From Thermoplasmata archaeon (GTDB taxonomy: Archaea; Thermoplasmatota; Thermoplasmata; Lutacidiplasmatales; UBA184), in the NCBI GenBank assembly GCA_035499455.1, contig DATJYS010000007.1:130787-194786 (forward strand): DNA of 64,000 nucleotides, given 5' to 3'. A program made the translations under genes and the position numbers. A model generated the notes under the pieces. The model did no database searches and had not been told where the DNA came from. It was given only the letters and a program-made list of their open reading frames with translations. Of this stretch, positions 9,156-18,924 are shown piece after piece (position 1 is the stretch's first letter; the number at the start of each line of letters is the position of its first letter).

Positions 9156-9893
9156 TCAGGATCCTGGACCCTTCGCCGCGGGAAAGGAGCGATACGCCGC
9201 CACTGCGACCCCGGCCACCGCCCCGACCGTGAGGAACGGGGCGAGGGCGCGCACACCGACCATACAGGCAGCGCCCACCGCCGCGCCGGCGAAGAGGAAC
9301 AGCACGGCGAGACCGCCCCTTCGCTGCGCCGGGCCGGAGATCCCCAGGGCGGGGAGGTCGACCATGAATCCGGTCAGCGCGGTGGTGATGACCGTCGTGG
9401 TCAGCCCGGGGACCGCCAGATGCCGCGCAACCGCATTCTGGAGTCCCATCCCGAAGGAGCTGAGTCCGATCAGGAGGTAGAGGAGGGTGGCTCCCGGTCG
9501 TCCGTCCACTGCCGCCCAGACCCCGGCGAAGGCCGTCATGCAGGCGAGGACGCCGCACAGCACCCAAGTCGCCCGTCGCGGCCACGGTCCGGGCGGTCGC
9601 GGTCGCAGGAGAAAACGACCCGCTACGATCGCGCCCCCGCAGAACCCGGTAAGCGCGGCTGCGGAACGCAGCGCGGTGAGCAGGCTCCGCTGGCCCACGG
9701 CGAGCGCCATGAATACGACGTTTCCCGTCATATTCGCGGTGAAGATCTCTCCGAGGCCGAGATAGCTCACCGCGTCGACCACGCCGGCCGCGAGCGTGAG
9801 TCCGATCAGCAGGGCGTCTCGGGTTCGCTCATCGGCCCCGGTCCCCCCGGGGGGGATCCCTGGCCCCGGAGCCGGTGTCGGTGAACCGGTCAT
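9156..9893 (-). CDS. DUF1275 (YoaK-like) membrane protein
   Basis: LLIGLTLAAGVVDAVSYLGLGEIFTANMTGNVVFMALAV is the characteristic DUF1275 N-terminus. Multi-TM. Confidence 0.65.
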   Translation of the reverse strand: MTGSPTPAPGPGIPPGGTGADERTRDALLIGLTLAAGVVDAVSYLGLGEIFTANMTGNVVFMALAVGQRSLLTALRSAAALTGFCGGAIVAGRFLLRPRPPGPWPRRATWVLCGVLACMTAFAGVWAAVDGRPGATLLYLLIGLSSFGMGLQNAVARHLAVPGLTTTVITTALTGFMVDLPALGISGPAQRRGGLAVLFLFAGAAVGAACMVGVRALAPFLTVGAVAGVAVAAYRSFPAAKGPGS

Positions 9894-10161
9894 GCTCTCG
9901 GAGCCATGGCGCCTGCTTAGCGGTCACGGGAGGAGCCACCAGCGGCCGATGGGGTACCCCCTCCTCGAACCCGGCCCGGGCCGACCTCCGAAACCGGAGA
10001 GGCGGATCTCCTGACTCCCCGCGGCGACGAGCCCGGGGCCACCCCCAGGACCGGGGCCCGCGGACCGGTCGATCCTCGGAACGGGTGCGGCGCGTGTTTC
10101 ACGACCTCGGAACTGCGTTCAAATATCGAGGAGGTCGTGACGCGACGCACGGTTCCCCGCC

Positions 10162-11166
10162 ATGGGCGAAAATCTCGAGGTGGTCCGCCTCTCGGAGGAT
10201 GACCGGGTCATCCAATGGCTCTTGGGGGCCGATCAGCCGGCCGCTCGGTACTACACGTTGACGGACCTGTTGGGGCGGTCCGCGGCGGACCCCGAGGTGC
10301 GTCTCGCCCGATCGAGAATCGCCCGCGTCGGCTGGGCGAAAGAACAGCTGGAGGCGCAGGGGCCCAAGGGATTCTGGGAGGCGCACGAGCCCAAGAACCT
10401 CAAAGAGTGGATCGACTTCCTGTACTTCCCCACGTTTCTCGCCACGAACTGGCGGGCGCTCGTTCTCGCGGACCTGGGACTCGACGCCTCGACCCCGGGG
10501 ATCAAGAAGGTCGCGGAGCTCCTCTTCGAATTCAAGCTCCGTCGAGGCTCCCCGTTCAACTTCTACTACGAGGAGGCGTGCATCTCGGCGAACACCGCTC
10601 GCATGCTGACCCAGTTCGGCTACGCCGACGACGTACGGGTCCGGAAGCTCTACGACTGGATCCTCGAGGACCAGCGAGCGGACGGCGGGTGGAACTGCTC
10701 CCAGGACACCCCCGGCACGCTCGACGTGTGGGAGCCCCTCGCCGCCCTCGCCGCTCTACCGAAGTCGAAGCGATCGGCCAAGATGGAGGAGGCGATCGCT
10801 AACGGCGCGGAGTTCTACTTGCGCCGACGCTTGTTCCGAGAGGGTCGGCCGTACGCCCCCTGGCTACGCCTTCACTACCCGAACCACTACTTCTACGACC
10901 TCCTGGTCGGGTTGGATGTGATCACCCGACTGGGATTCGCGGGAGACCGACGCCTCGAGCCGGCGCTGAAGTGGCTGCGAGCGAAGCGTCGTGCCGACGG
11001 TCGGTGGCGGATCGACCGTCCTCACCCGGACGTGGGGGCGGGGGTCACCCTCCACCCCGACAAGAGCACCATGAAGCCGCTCGTGATCGAGGAACCGGGG
11101 GCCCCCAGCAAGTGGATCACGTTGAAGGCGTTGCGAGTGCTGAAGCGAGTGGCGGATGCGCGATAG
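10162..11166 (+). CDS. alpha/alpha-toroid repeat protein (prenyltransferase / terpene-cyclase-like fold), function unknown
   Basis: Repeated ADGGWNCSQD and ADGRWRID motifs resemble QW / prenyltransferase-squalene oxidase repeats. 334 aa, non-biased. Confidence 0.4.
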   Translation: MGENLEVVRLSEDDRVIQWLLGADQPAARYYTLTDLLGRSAADPEVRLARSRIARVGWAKEQLEAQGPKGFWEAHEPKNLKEWIDFLYFPTFLATNWRALVLADLGLDASTPGIKKVAELLFEFKLRRGSPFNFYYEEACISANTARMLTQFGYADDVRVRKLYDWILEDQRADGGWNCSQDTPGTLDVWEPLAALAALPKSKRSAKMEEAIANGAEFYLRRRLFREGRPYAPWLRLHYPNHYFYDLLVGLDVITRLGFAGDRRLEPALKWLRAKRRADGRWRIDRPHPDVGAGVTLHPDKSTMKPLVIEEPGAPSKWITLKALRVLKRVADAR

Positions 11167-11250
11167 AGCAGAGCGATCTCGTCCGCCCCCCTCTCCGCTG
11201 CCACGGAGACTGCCTAGATCCCCCCAACGAGCGCGCGGGGGACGTTAGGG

Positions 11251-11790
11251 GTGGGTGCGGTGAGGAAGAGTGCTTATAGGAGCCGCTCGGCTCGCGGCGC
11301 CCCGACGAGCTCGGAGCTCGATCTGATCCGCCGGCTTTACGTCTACAATTCGCGAGTACGAGCGAAGTATCTGGCCGCGATCTGGAAGCTTCCGCTCCGC
11401 GAGCGGTACCGAAACCGGGGCGCCTCCTATCCCTCGATCGTCGACATCTTCCTGCACGTCCTCGATGCCTACCGCCTCTGGTTCGACGAGGTCTACGCGC
11501 GCGGGCCCCCGCCGAACTGGTATCCTCTCGGGCAGCGATTCACGATCTCCGAGGCTCGCCGGGAGATGCGTTCGATCGACCGACGGGTCGCGGCGGTGCT
11601 CCGGCGACTTCGCCCCCGCGACCTCGACCAGAAGTTCTCACTTCCGAAACGGTGGAAAGACCCGCGGCCGATCGAGCTTCGGGAGTTGCTGGTCCACATG
11701 ATCGAGGAGGAGCTGCAACACCGCGGCGAGATGAACGCCCTGCTCTGGCAGGTCGGACGCGATCCACCGGTCACGGGGTTCGACGACTAA
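11251..11790 (+). CDS. DinB/YfiT-like (DinB_2) four-helix-bundle metalloenzyme family protein
   Basis: IVDIFLHVLDAYRLWFDEV...LLVHMIEEELQHRGEMNALL shows the His motifs typical of the DinB_2 family. Confidence 0.5.
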   Translation: MGAVRKSAYRSRSARGAPTSSELDLIRRLYVYNSRVRAKYLAAIWKLPLRERYRNRGASYPSIVDIFLHVLDAYRLWFDEVYARGPPPNWYPLGQRFTISEARREMRSIDRRVAAVLRRLRPRDLDQKFSLPKRWKDPRPIELRELLVHMIEEELQHRGEMNALLWQVGRDPPVTGFDD

Positions 11791-11877
11791 CCGGGAGGCC
11801 GTCGAGGTCCTCCCCAAGGGCAGTGGGAAGCGCGTCCGCTAAGGGCCGGACCGGTCTGCCCCCCGCGGGCACGGTCG

Positions 11878-13680
11878 ATGACGAACCCCGGTACCGCGCG
11901 CCCCGACCCGCCCGAGGGGGAGGATAGGCGGACCCCCGCGGAGAAGGACGGATATCGGACCACTCCCGACTACCCGACGACCGTCGCGTACCTGGAGCGC
12001 CTGGCGTCGGCCTATCCGGAGTCGGTGCGCATCGAGGACTTCGGCCTGACCGGAGAAGGACGGGAGCTCAAGGTCGTCATCGCCTCGAAGGACGCTCTCT
12101 TCGAGCCCGCGGCCGTCCACGCCGCCGGTCGCGTCGTGCTGCTCGTCCAGAACTCCATCCACGCCGGGGAGATGGACGGAAAGGACGCCTGTCTCGCGCT
12201 CCTACGAGACATCCTCCAGGACCCCGGGCGCGCAACCCTCCTCGACCGCGTCGTCCTCCTCTTCGTTCCGGTCTACAACATCGACGGCCACGAGCGGCGG
12301 TCCGCCTACAACCGCATCAACCAGAACGGCCCCGCGGAGTTCGGATGGCGGGCGAACGGAACGAACCTCAATCTGAATCGGGATTACATGAAGGCGGACG
12401 CGCCCGAGACGCGGGCGTTCCTGCGGCTCGTCCGCCGTTGGGAGCCGGACTTCTTCGTCGATAACCACGTCACGGACGGGGCCGATTTCCAGTACGACGT
12501 CACCTTCGGCATCGACGCGACCCCGGACGTATACCCCGGGACCGCCCGATGGGTCCGCGAGTCGATCACCCCCGAGCTGGTGCGTCGGGTCGATGCGTCC
12601 GGGCACCTCGCCTTCCCCGCGCCGGTGTTCTTGAAGGACGATGCCGACCCGAGCCAGGGGCTCGCCCTCCACGACGACCCTCCCCGGTTCTCGACCGGAT
12701 ACATGATCCTCGAGAACCGGCCGGGGATGCTCGTCGAGCTCCATATGCTGAAGGAGTACCGAACCCGGGTCACCGGAAACTACGAGATCCTTCGGGCCCT
12801 CATGGAACTGTTGAACGATCATGCGGCGACTCTCCTGGGGCTGAACCGCGACGCCGACCGGGCCGCCGAACTCCTCGGGTCGGAGGGAGCCGCCGCGACC
12901 CCGTTCCCGCTCTGCCTGGACCGGAGCGCGGAGAGCGTGGAGGTGCCGTTTCGGGGATACGCGTGGGAGCGGGTGGCCAGTGCGATCTCCGGTGCCACGA
13001 AGATCCGGTACGCGCCCACGCCGTGGAACACGACGCTCCGCATGGACTCGGGCACGCGCGTGGCGCTCTCGGTGAAACCGCCCGCAGGGTACATCATACC
13101 GCCTCAGTGGACGGACGTGATCCGGGTCTTGGAACTCCACGGGGTCACGCTCCGCCTCACCACGGCTGCGTGGACCGGGCCTATCGAGAGCTACGACTGC
13201 TCGGGGATGAAATGGCCGGGTCGCCCGTTCGAGGGCCGGCACCCCATCCTGCGGGCGAGCAACGTCGAGCGAGGGATCGGGGAGTTTGGGACGTGCGTCC
13301 TCACCCGCCGCACGGCGTCCTTTCCGAGGGGATCGGCGGTAGCGCCCCTCGCCCAGAGGCTCTCCAAGGTCGCGATCCACTGGTTGGAGCCCGAGGCTCC
13401 GGACTCTGCCTTGCGATGGGGGTTCTTCGACTCCATCTTCGAGCAGAAGGAGTCCGGCGAGGCGTACGTACTGGAGAAGATCGGTCCCGGGCTCTTGGAG
13501 GGAAACGCCCAGCTCCGGGGGGAGTTTGAACAGCAACTGAGGGCCAGCGCCGAATTCGCCGGCGACCCGGGCGCTCGTCTCGAGTACCTCTATGCCCGAT
13601 CGCGGTGGGGCCGGGCGAACCGGGTCGGAGAATACCCGGTGGGCCGCCTCCCGGCCCTCGACGGTCTGCCCCTGGATTGA
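11878..13680 (+). CDS. M14-family zinc carboxypeptidase-like protein
   Basis: QNSIHAGEMDG (an HxxE zinc motif) and NLNRDY, in a 600-aa non-biased protein. Confidence 0.55.
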   Translation: MTNPGTARPDPPEGEDRRTPAEKDGYRTTPDYPTTVAYLERLASAYPESVRIEDFGLTGEGRELKVVIASKDALFEPAAVHAAGRVVLLVQNSIHAGEMDGKDACLALLRDILQDPGRATLLDRVVLLFVPVYNIDGHERRSAYNRINQNGPAEFGWRANGTNLNLNRDYMKADAPETRAFLRLVRRWEPDFFVDNHVTDGADFQYDVTFGIDATPDVYPGTARWVRESITPELVRRVDASGHLAFPAPVFLKDDADPSQGLALHDDPPRFSTGYMILENRPGMLVELHMLKEYRTRVTGNYEILRALMELLNDHAATLLGLNRDADRAAELLGSEGAAATPFPLCLDRSAESVEVPFRGYAWERVASAISGATKIRYAPTPWNTTLRMDSGTRVALSVKPPAGYIIPPQWTDVIRVLELHGVTLRLTTAAWTGPIESYDCSGMKWPGRPFEGRHPILRASNVERGIGEFGTCVLTRRTASFPRGSAVAPLAQRLSKVAIHWLEPEAPDSALRWGFFDSIFEQKESGEAYVLEKIGPGLLEGNAQLRGEFEQQLRASAEFAGDPGARLEYLYARSRWGRANRVGEYPVGRLPALDGLPLD

Positions 13681-13807
13681 GCGGGGGAGCTCGTCCGTCG
13701 GCGGAGTACCGCGCTCGCGCGGAGCGCGGGGCGCGGATCAACAGCCCGAGCCGCGCTCTCGCGCGGTGCCCTCGAGCGGGAGCCGATCGCCGCGGAGATC
13801 GGCGCGC

Positions 13808-14143
13808 TCAGAAGTGGGCGGGCCCGGCGCTCTCGATGTACTCCGCGAGCACGGTCCAGTTCCGGCGACGCGCGTATCGGATCAAGTGCGCCGGGTGGAA
13901 GAAGAGGTTGGAGAGTTCGGCCCGGTCCGACTCGGGAAGCAGATCGCTCTCGAACTTCACCGCGGGGGCCCCGCCCTCGAACGCCTGGTTGCAGCCAAAA
14001 CAGAACGACCCCTTCGTGGCCAACGCGACGTGCTTGGCGAGCATCGACGCGCTCTCCAGGAAGCCCCTACAAATTCTCTTTCCTCTCCACTGGAACGACG
14101 AGAAGGGGGCGATCCGCTTTCCCGGCGCGAGGTCGTGAGCCAA
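13808..14143 (-). CDS. small Cys-rich Mss4-like / GFA-like protein (hypothetical)
   Basis: KGSFCFGCNQAFEGG contains a CxxC. 111 aa. Assignment is weak. Confidence 0.3.
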   Translation of the reverse strand: MAHDLAPGKRIAPFSSFQWRGKRICRGFLESASMLAKHVALATKGSFCFGCNQAFEGGAPAVKFESDLLPESDRAELSNLFFHPAHLIRYARRRNWTVLAEYIESAGPAHF

Positions 14144-14244
14144 GCCTCATTACGGCGAGTGGCTCGGGGTAGCCTCGGAACGGTACGTCCGCGGCGGGTC
14201 GCGATCCCGCCGCGCTGCCGGACGTCGAACGAGAGGTACCTGGA

Positions 14245-14823
14245 ATGGCTGGGAAACGGCGAGCGGCCCCGGTCGTTCCGAAGGGGTTCCGCGTGGTACG
14301 AACGGCATCCCCCGGTCGCCACCCGCTCTTGAAGGTCTTCCCGGGGCTCGACCGTCTCACGGCGTTCCGTCGGTACCCCGTCTCCGAGAAGGCGCGCCGG
14401 AAACTGGCGAGCACCACCGAGGTGGAGATCGTCCCCCGCCCCGGGGAGTTCATGTACGTGGCCCCCCACGCGCTCCCGAAGGACGCGGACCGTCGGTGGA
14501 AGCCGGTCGTGAGCAAGACCGACTGCATCGTCGTGGGAGGAGAGCATCTCCGGCGGAGCCCGGGGATGGTCCTGTTCCTCGACATCATCCACGAGATGGT
14601 GCACCTTCTTCAGCGACACGACGGTCGCGAACTCTGGGACGAGGAGTACTCGTACGTCGACCGGCCGACCGAGCTCGAAGCGTATGCGTTCACGCTGGGG
14701 GAGGCGCGACGGCTCGGAGCGTCACCGGCGTTCCTGCGGGAGTACCTCAAGGTCGAATGGACCACCCCGACGCAGCACCGTCGCCTCGTCCGGAATCTCG
14801 GCGGCTATCTCGGTCGGCCCTGA
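14245..14823 (+). CDS. minimal HExxH...E (gluzincin-like) putative metallopeptidase, paralog A
   Basis: DIIHEMVHLLQ followed by TELEAYAFTLGEARRLG...EYLKVEWTTP..HRRLVRNLG. Clearly paralogous to 49642..50160. Confidence 0.55.
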   Translation: MAGKRRAAPVVPKGFRVVRTASPGRHPLLKVFPGLDRLTAFRRYPVSEKARRKLASTTEVEIVPRPGEFMYVAPHALPKDADRRWKPVVSKTDCIVVGGEHLRRSPGMVLFLDIIHEMVHLLQRHDGRELWDEEYSYVDRPTELEAYAFTLGEARRLGASPAFLREYLKVEWTTPTQHRRLVRNLGGYLGRP

Positions 14824-15069
14824 CGTTCGCGGCCGTACCGGCCGGCTCCGCGCCCGGCACCGGTCGCTGCGACGCTCGACGATCTCCGGCAGGGAAGTCC
14901 GAACGAAGCCCCCGGTGTGACCCGCGCGGTGGTTCGAGAGTCTTCCGCTCGGGGTTCCCTCGGCCCGCACGGTCAGGGGGCCCCGGCACGGAGCCGAGGG
15001 CGTGGCGCCGGGAATGTCCTTATATCGGGACATTCTGGCAATGCTCGGAGCCCGAGCTTGGACCCTTCC

Positions 15070-16065
15070 GTGCCGCCCGCCGTGCAAGCGCCGCCGCCGC
15101 CGACCGCTGCGCCCTTCCCTTCGCCGAAACCTCCCTCATGGGGTATCTCCGTCAGCGTCGGCCGGACCATCGCCGCCGTCCTGGTGCTCGTCGCCGGCAT
15201 TCTTGCCGCGGTCTCCACGTTCGTCAGCTGGTGGACGATTTCGGAGAGCGGGGGACCCGGCGGAACGCTCAGTTTCCTCCCCGGAGGAAACCTCCAAGCG
15301 ATCGGCAGCGGTTCCACGGAATCCATATCGTACGCGAGCGTCCAGCTCGGCCCCGTCGGCGCCCTCTACGAGGCCGTGCTGGCGCTGGCGATCGTCATCG
15401 CATGCCTCGCCCTCATCGTCGGAGTGCTCCTCCTTCTGGCGGCGATGGGGAAGATCCAGAATCCGGCCCGATACACCACCCTTCGCAACCTGATCCTGGT
15501 GGCGCTGGTCGTCAGCCTGTTCCTCATCGTGATCGTTCCCTCGCTGCAGGGTACGCTGATCCGACACTCGGGGAGCACCGGCACCTCGATCTGCACCCTC
15601 ACGGGGAACAGCACCAATCCGTGCAACGACTTCTGGGGAAGTTCGGGGTCGTACACCTGGGGCGCGGATGCCGGGTGGTACCTGGCGCTCTCCGCGACGG
15701 TCCTTCTGGCGGTCGCTCTCTTCCTCTGGCGTTCCGCCCGTGCCGCGCCCTGGGGGTCCTCTGCTCCCGCGGGGCCCGGCGCCGCGCCCGGCGCGTTCCC
15801 TTCGATGCCGGCCGCCGGTCCGGCGACGCCGGCGGATCGGCTCCTCCAGGCGAAGCGGCTCGCCGACGCGGGCCTGATCACGCCGGCGGAGTATACGGAG
15901 GTCAAGGGGAGGCTTCTCGGACAGGTCTCGGCCGCGGACCTGGCTCCCGGAGTCGCATCCAGACCCGAGGACGAGCTGACCAAGCTGAAGTCCCTGCACG
16001 ACACGGGGGCGATCTCCGATGAAGAGTACGCGGACCTCCGTCGGAAGGCGCTCCTGCGATTCTAG
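15070..16065 (+). CDS. multi-pass membrane protein with two C-terminal SHOCT domains
   Basis: TM segments, then RLLQAKRLADAGLITPAEYTEVKGRLL and ELTKLKSLHDTGAISDEEYADLRRKAL (SHOCT motifs). The GTG start at 15070 is inferred. ORF 14917..16065 has no plausible N-terminus before it. A TATA-like tccttatatcgg lies at ~15015. Confidence 0.5.
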   Translation: MPPAVQAPPPPTAAPFPSPKPPSWGISVSVGRTIAAVLVLVAGILAAVSTFVSWWTISESGGPGGTLSFLPGGNLQAIGSGSTESISYASVQLGPVGALYEAVLALAIVIACLALIVGVLLLLAAMGKIQNPARYTTLRNLILVALVVSLFLIVIVPSLQGTLIRHSGSTGTSICTLTGNSTNPCNDFWGSSGSYTWGADAGWYLALSATVLLAVALFLWRSARAAPWGSSAPAGPGAAPGAFPSMPAAGPATPADRLLQAKRLADAGLITPAEYTEVKGRLLGQVSAADLAPGVASRPEDELTKLKSLHDTGAISDEEYADLRRKALLRF

Positions 16066-16167
16066 ACGGCCGTCGACTCCGACGTAGGCCCGCCGATCGA
16101 TCGGGCCGCGGGCGTCTCCCGAGCGCACTCGCGAACCGGGGTTTCCCCCGCTCCGCCCTCAAGCGGC

Positions 16168-16677
16168 TTAGCGGCGGGCTCGCTTGGGTCGCGCCTTTCG
16201 GTAATCCCTCTCGAGAAATCGACCGAACGACTTCCAACTCTTCTTCACGGAGCGTTCCCACTGCCCCTTCGGCGGGTTCCTTCCGCCGATCCCGTACGGA
16301 CTGCGACGGGCGGTCAACGTCAGTTGGGTCCGGTCCGCGCCCAACCGGGTGAGTCGGTAGTCGAGCAGGTACGCCCGGTGGCTCCCGATCGAATCGGAGT
16401 GCCAGCGGTTCGGGGGCATCAGACGAATGATGTGCCGGGTCCAGAACCATCCGCCGTCGAGCTCCTCGAGATCCTCGTAGACCACCTCCCTCGGCGATCG
16501 GCGGAGGATTCGCCGTTCAAACTTCTCCCCCTCGAGGCGAGCATCGCCCGGAGTGTAGTCGGTACACCAACGGTACACGAAGTCAAGCGGGGCGCGGAAC
16601 GACACTCGCACCTGGTAGCGCGGCCCCGGCCACGACTTCGGCATCGAGATCATTTCGGAGGGCATGACCCCCCTCAC
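16168..16677 (-). CDS. SRPBCC-superfamily protein (paralog of 8465..8968)
   Basis: See 8465..8968. 169 aa. Confidence 0.5.
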   Translation of the reverse strand: MRGVMPSEMISMPKSWPGPRYQVRVSFRAPLDFVYRWCTDYTPGDARLEGEKFERRILRRSPREVVYEDLEELDGGWFWTRHIIRLMPPNRWHSDSIGSHRAYLLDYRLTRLGADRTQLTLTARRSPYGIGGRNPPKGQWERSVKKSWKSFGRFLERDYRKARPKRARR

Positions 16678-16858
16678 GAGAGGGGGGTTGAAGACCTCTG
16701 CGGAGGAGCGGCCCCGTCCTCGGGCTCGGGAGCGAGCCGGACCGCCCGGAGCGGAAGGGCGTCGTCGAGGGGATCGCGACGAGCGGGTCGTTCGAGTTCC
16801 GTCGACCGCCCTTCCGAAGCACCCTTAACCGAGCGCGCGGCTCCCGGACCGGCCGACC

Positions 16859-17695
16859 ATGCCGTGGAAGTACACCGAGGAGTACTATCGGGAGTACACC
16901 CGAACCACGTGGAACGAGAGCGCCGAGGTCTATCAGGCGCTGCTCCGGAACCTCGAGCCGTTCCGTTCCGACCTGAGCGACCGGCTTCTCGCCCGGCCGG
17001 GCGAGAGGATCCTTGACCTCGGCACGGGGCCGGGGGAGCCGGCCCTGACGCTCGCGGGACGAGTCGGTCCGACCGGAAAGGTCGTGGGCGTCGACCTGTC
17101 GGAGGAGATGGTGGCGATCGCCCGGAGGGCGGCCACCGCCCGATCGGTCTCCAACGCGGAGTTCCGGGTCATGGACTGCTCGTCGCTCGCGCTCGAGGAC
17201 GGGGGGTTCGACGGCGCGATCAGCTGTTTCGGATTCCAGATCTTCACCGACCCCGAGAGAGCGGCCCGCGAGACGTACCGCGTGCTCGGTCCTAAGGGAC
17301 GGATCGCGGTCTCCGTCTGGAGCTCGGGCGACCGGGTGCCGTGGATCCATGCGATCATCGGTCCGATGCTCAAGCACGCGGAGCCGGACGAAACCGGGTA
17401 CATTCCGACGCCGTACGAACTGGGGGGACCCGGCGAGATGGTGAGATTCCTCGAGGCGGCGGGGTTCGTCGGGGCACGGGAGGAGCGGGTCTCCCATCCC
17501 CTCACGTTCCGGAACGAAGAGGAGTATCTCCGGTCGATCCTGAAGGGGACCCCGATCGGCCACTCCCTCTCCGAAGAGCCGCCCGAGGTGCAGGAGCAGG
17601 TGCTCCGGGAGACGCACGCGAACCTCGCTCCGTGGACGTCGGACCGCGGGATCACCCTGCCTTCCGAGTGCGTCCTCGTGACGGCTAGCAAGTAG
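16859..17695 (+). CDS. class I SAM-dependent methyltransferase
   Basis: ILDLGTGPGEPALTLA (motif I) and VGVDLSEEM (motif II). Confidence 0.7.
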   Translation: MPWKYTEEYYREYTRTTWNESAEVYQALLRNLEPFRSDLSDRLLARPGERILDLGTGPGEPALTLAGRVGPTGKVVGVDLSEEMVAIARRAATARSVSNAEFRVMDCSSLALEDGGFDGAISCFGFQIFTDPERAARETYRVLGPKGRIAVSVWSSGDRVPWIHAIIGPMLKHAEPDETGYIPTPYELGGPGEMVRFLEAAGFVGAREERVSHPLTFRNEEEYLRSILKGTPIGHSLSEEPPEVQEQVLRETHANLAPWTSDRGITLPSECVLVTASK

Positions 17696-18198
17696 CACTC
17701 CGGGGCCCGGTTCTCCGCGCCGGACAATGGGCCTTGTCGCCAAGGGCGGTGCGGTGCCCTGCGACGCGGAGTCGAAGTGGTAGCGCCACGCCCGCCCATC
17801 CGACTCCGCCGCCGGTCCGTTCTGCCGGCCCATCATCGACCCGAAATCCGACATTCTCAACCTGGGACTGGGCGGGGTATCGGGTCTGAGCACGGCGTAC
17901 TGTAGCTCCTGCGGGCGGTCTTCGCAGTGGGTCAGTGGACGACGGTCTCTGGAAGGCGCCGATCGCTCTCGGGAGGGGCCGAACGCTTCGCCCTCCGAAG
18001 CGGTCGGACCCTGCCTCCCCACGCGGGCGCGGCGGACGCAGCCTCTTCCCTACCATCGAGGAGAACCGGATCGTCGCCGCCCCCGCGAGCGGACGGTGCC
18101 GGTCGGGCGCGAGATGGGTCGGGGGAGATCCACCGGCTCGAGCCCGTCGTGACCCCCTCTCCTGCACCTTGATGTAGGGCCACCCTTCTGCGCCCGCC

Positions 18199-18828
18199 GT
18201 GCCGCCCACCAAGAAGGCCCCGCCTACTCCGAACTGGCCCGGGTTCTATCGGTGGACGGCCAAGCGCCCTCCGCGCGAGCTGCTGCTCCGGACCCTCGAT
18301 CACATCCAGTGGGAGGGGACGCCGCGGCGGACGCGCACCGCCATCGACCTCGGCAGCGGAGCGGGAAACGACACGCTCGAGCTGCTGCGTCGGGGGTGGC
18401 GGGTGCTCTCGATCGACCAGCAACCCGCGGCGCTCGACTTTCTGACCCGCCGGGTTCCATCCCGGCACGGCCCGAATCTGACGATGCTCGCCGCCCCGAT
18501 GGAAGGCCTCACGGTTCCGACATCGGACCTCGTCTACGCGAGCTTCTCCCTCCCGTTCTGCGCCCCTCCGAAGTTCCCCGCCCTGTGGGCGGGGATCCGC
18601 CGCTCCCTTCGTCCCGGCGGCCATTTCGCCGGCCAGCTGTTCGGGGATCAGGACGAATGGGCGGGGGCGCGGCCGATGACGTTCCACTCGATGCGGCAGG
18701 TGCGCGCGCTCACGCGGGGGTACCGGGTCGAGCTGTTGCGCGAGACCGTCGAGGAGGGCCGCTCCTTCGAGGGGCCGAAGCACTGGCATTACTTCGACCT
18801 CATCCTTGAAAAGCCGCGCGAGCGCTGA
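18199..18828 (+). CDS. class I SAM-dependent methyltransferase
   Basis: AIDLGSGAGNDTLELLRRGWRVLSIDQ (motif I, then the acidic residue). Confidence 0.65.
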   Translation: MPPTKKAPPTPNWPGFYRWTAKRPPRELLLRTLDHIQWEGTPRRTRTAIDLGSGAGNDTLELLRRGWRVLSIDQQPAALDFLTRRVPSRHGPNLTMLAAPMEGLTVPTSDLVYASFSLPFCAPPKFPALWAGIRRSLRPGGHFAGQLFGDQDEWAGARPMTFHSMRQVRALTRGYRVELLRETVEEGRSFEGPKHWHYFDLILEKPRER

Positions 18829-18924
18829 CCGGTTCCGGACGCTGCCGCCGACGGCCGAGCACCGGGGGGCCTGATCCTCCCTCCTCCGCCTTCTCTAAGC
18901 TCTCGAGCGGATGCCCTCGACGCG

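Noticed and set aside
12202-13536. 444-aa minus-strand ORF antisense to the M14 carboxypeptidase gene
   Set aside because: Extreme R/G/P/E bias. Lies entirely within a well-supported plus-strand gene. A typical GC-driven shadow ORF.
14496-16022. 508-aa plus-strand ORF overlapping the SHOCT membrane protein in another frame
   Set aside because: Arg-rich, Pro/Gly-rich low-complexity translation. The alternative frame (14917/15070..16065) gives TM helices plus SHOCT motifs.
16583-18022. 479-aa minus-strand ORF
   Set aside because: R/G/P-rich low complexity. Antisense to the SAM-methyltransferase gene (16859..17695) and extends into non-coding DNA.
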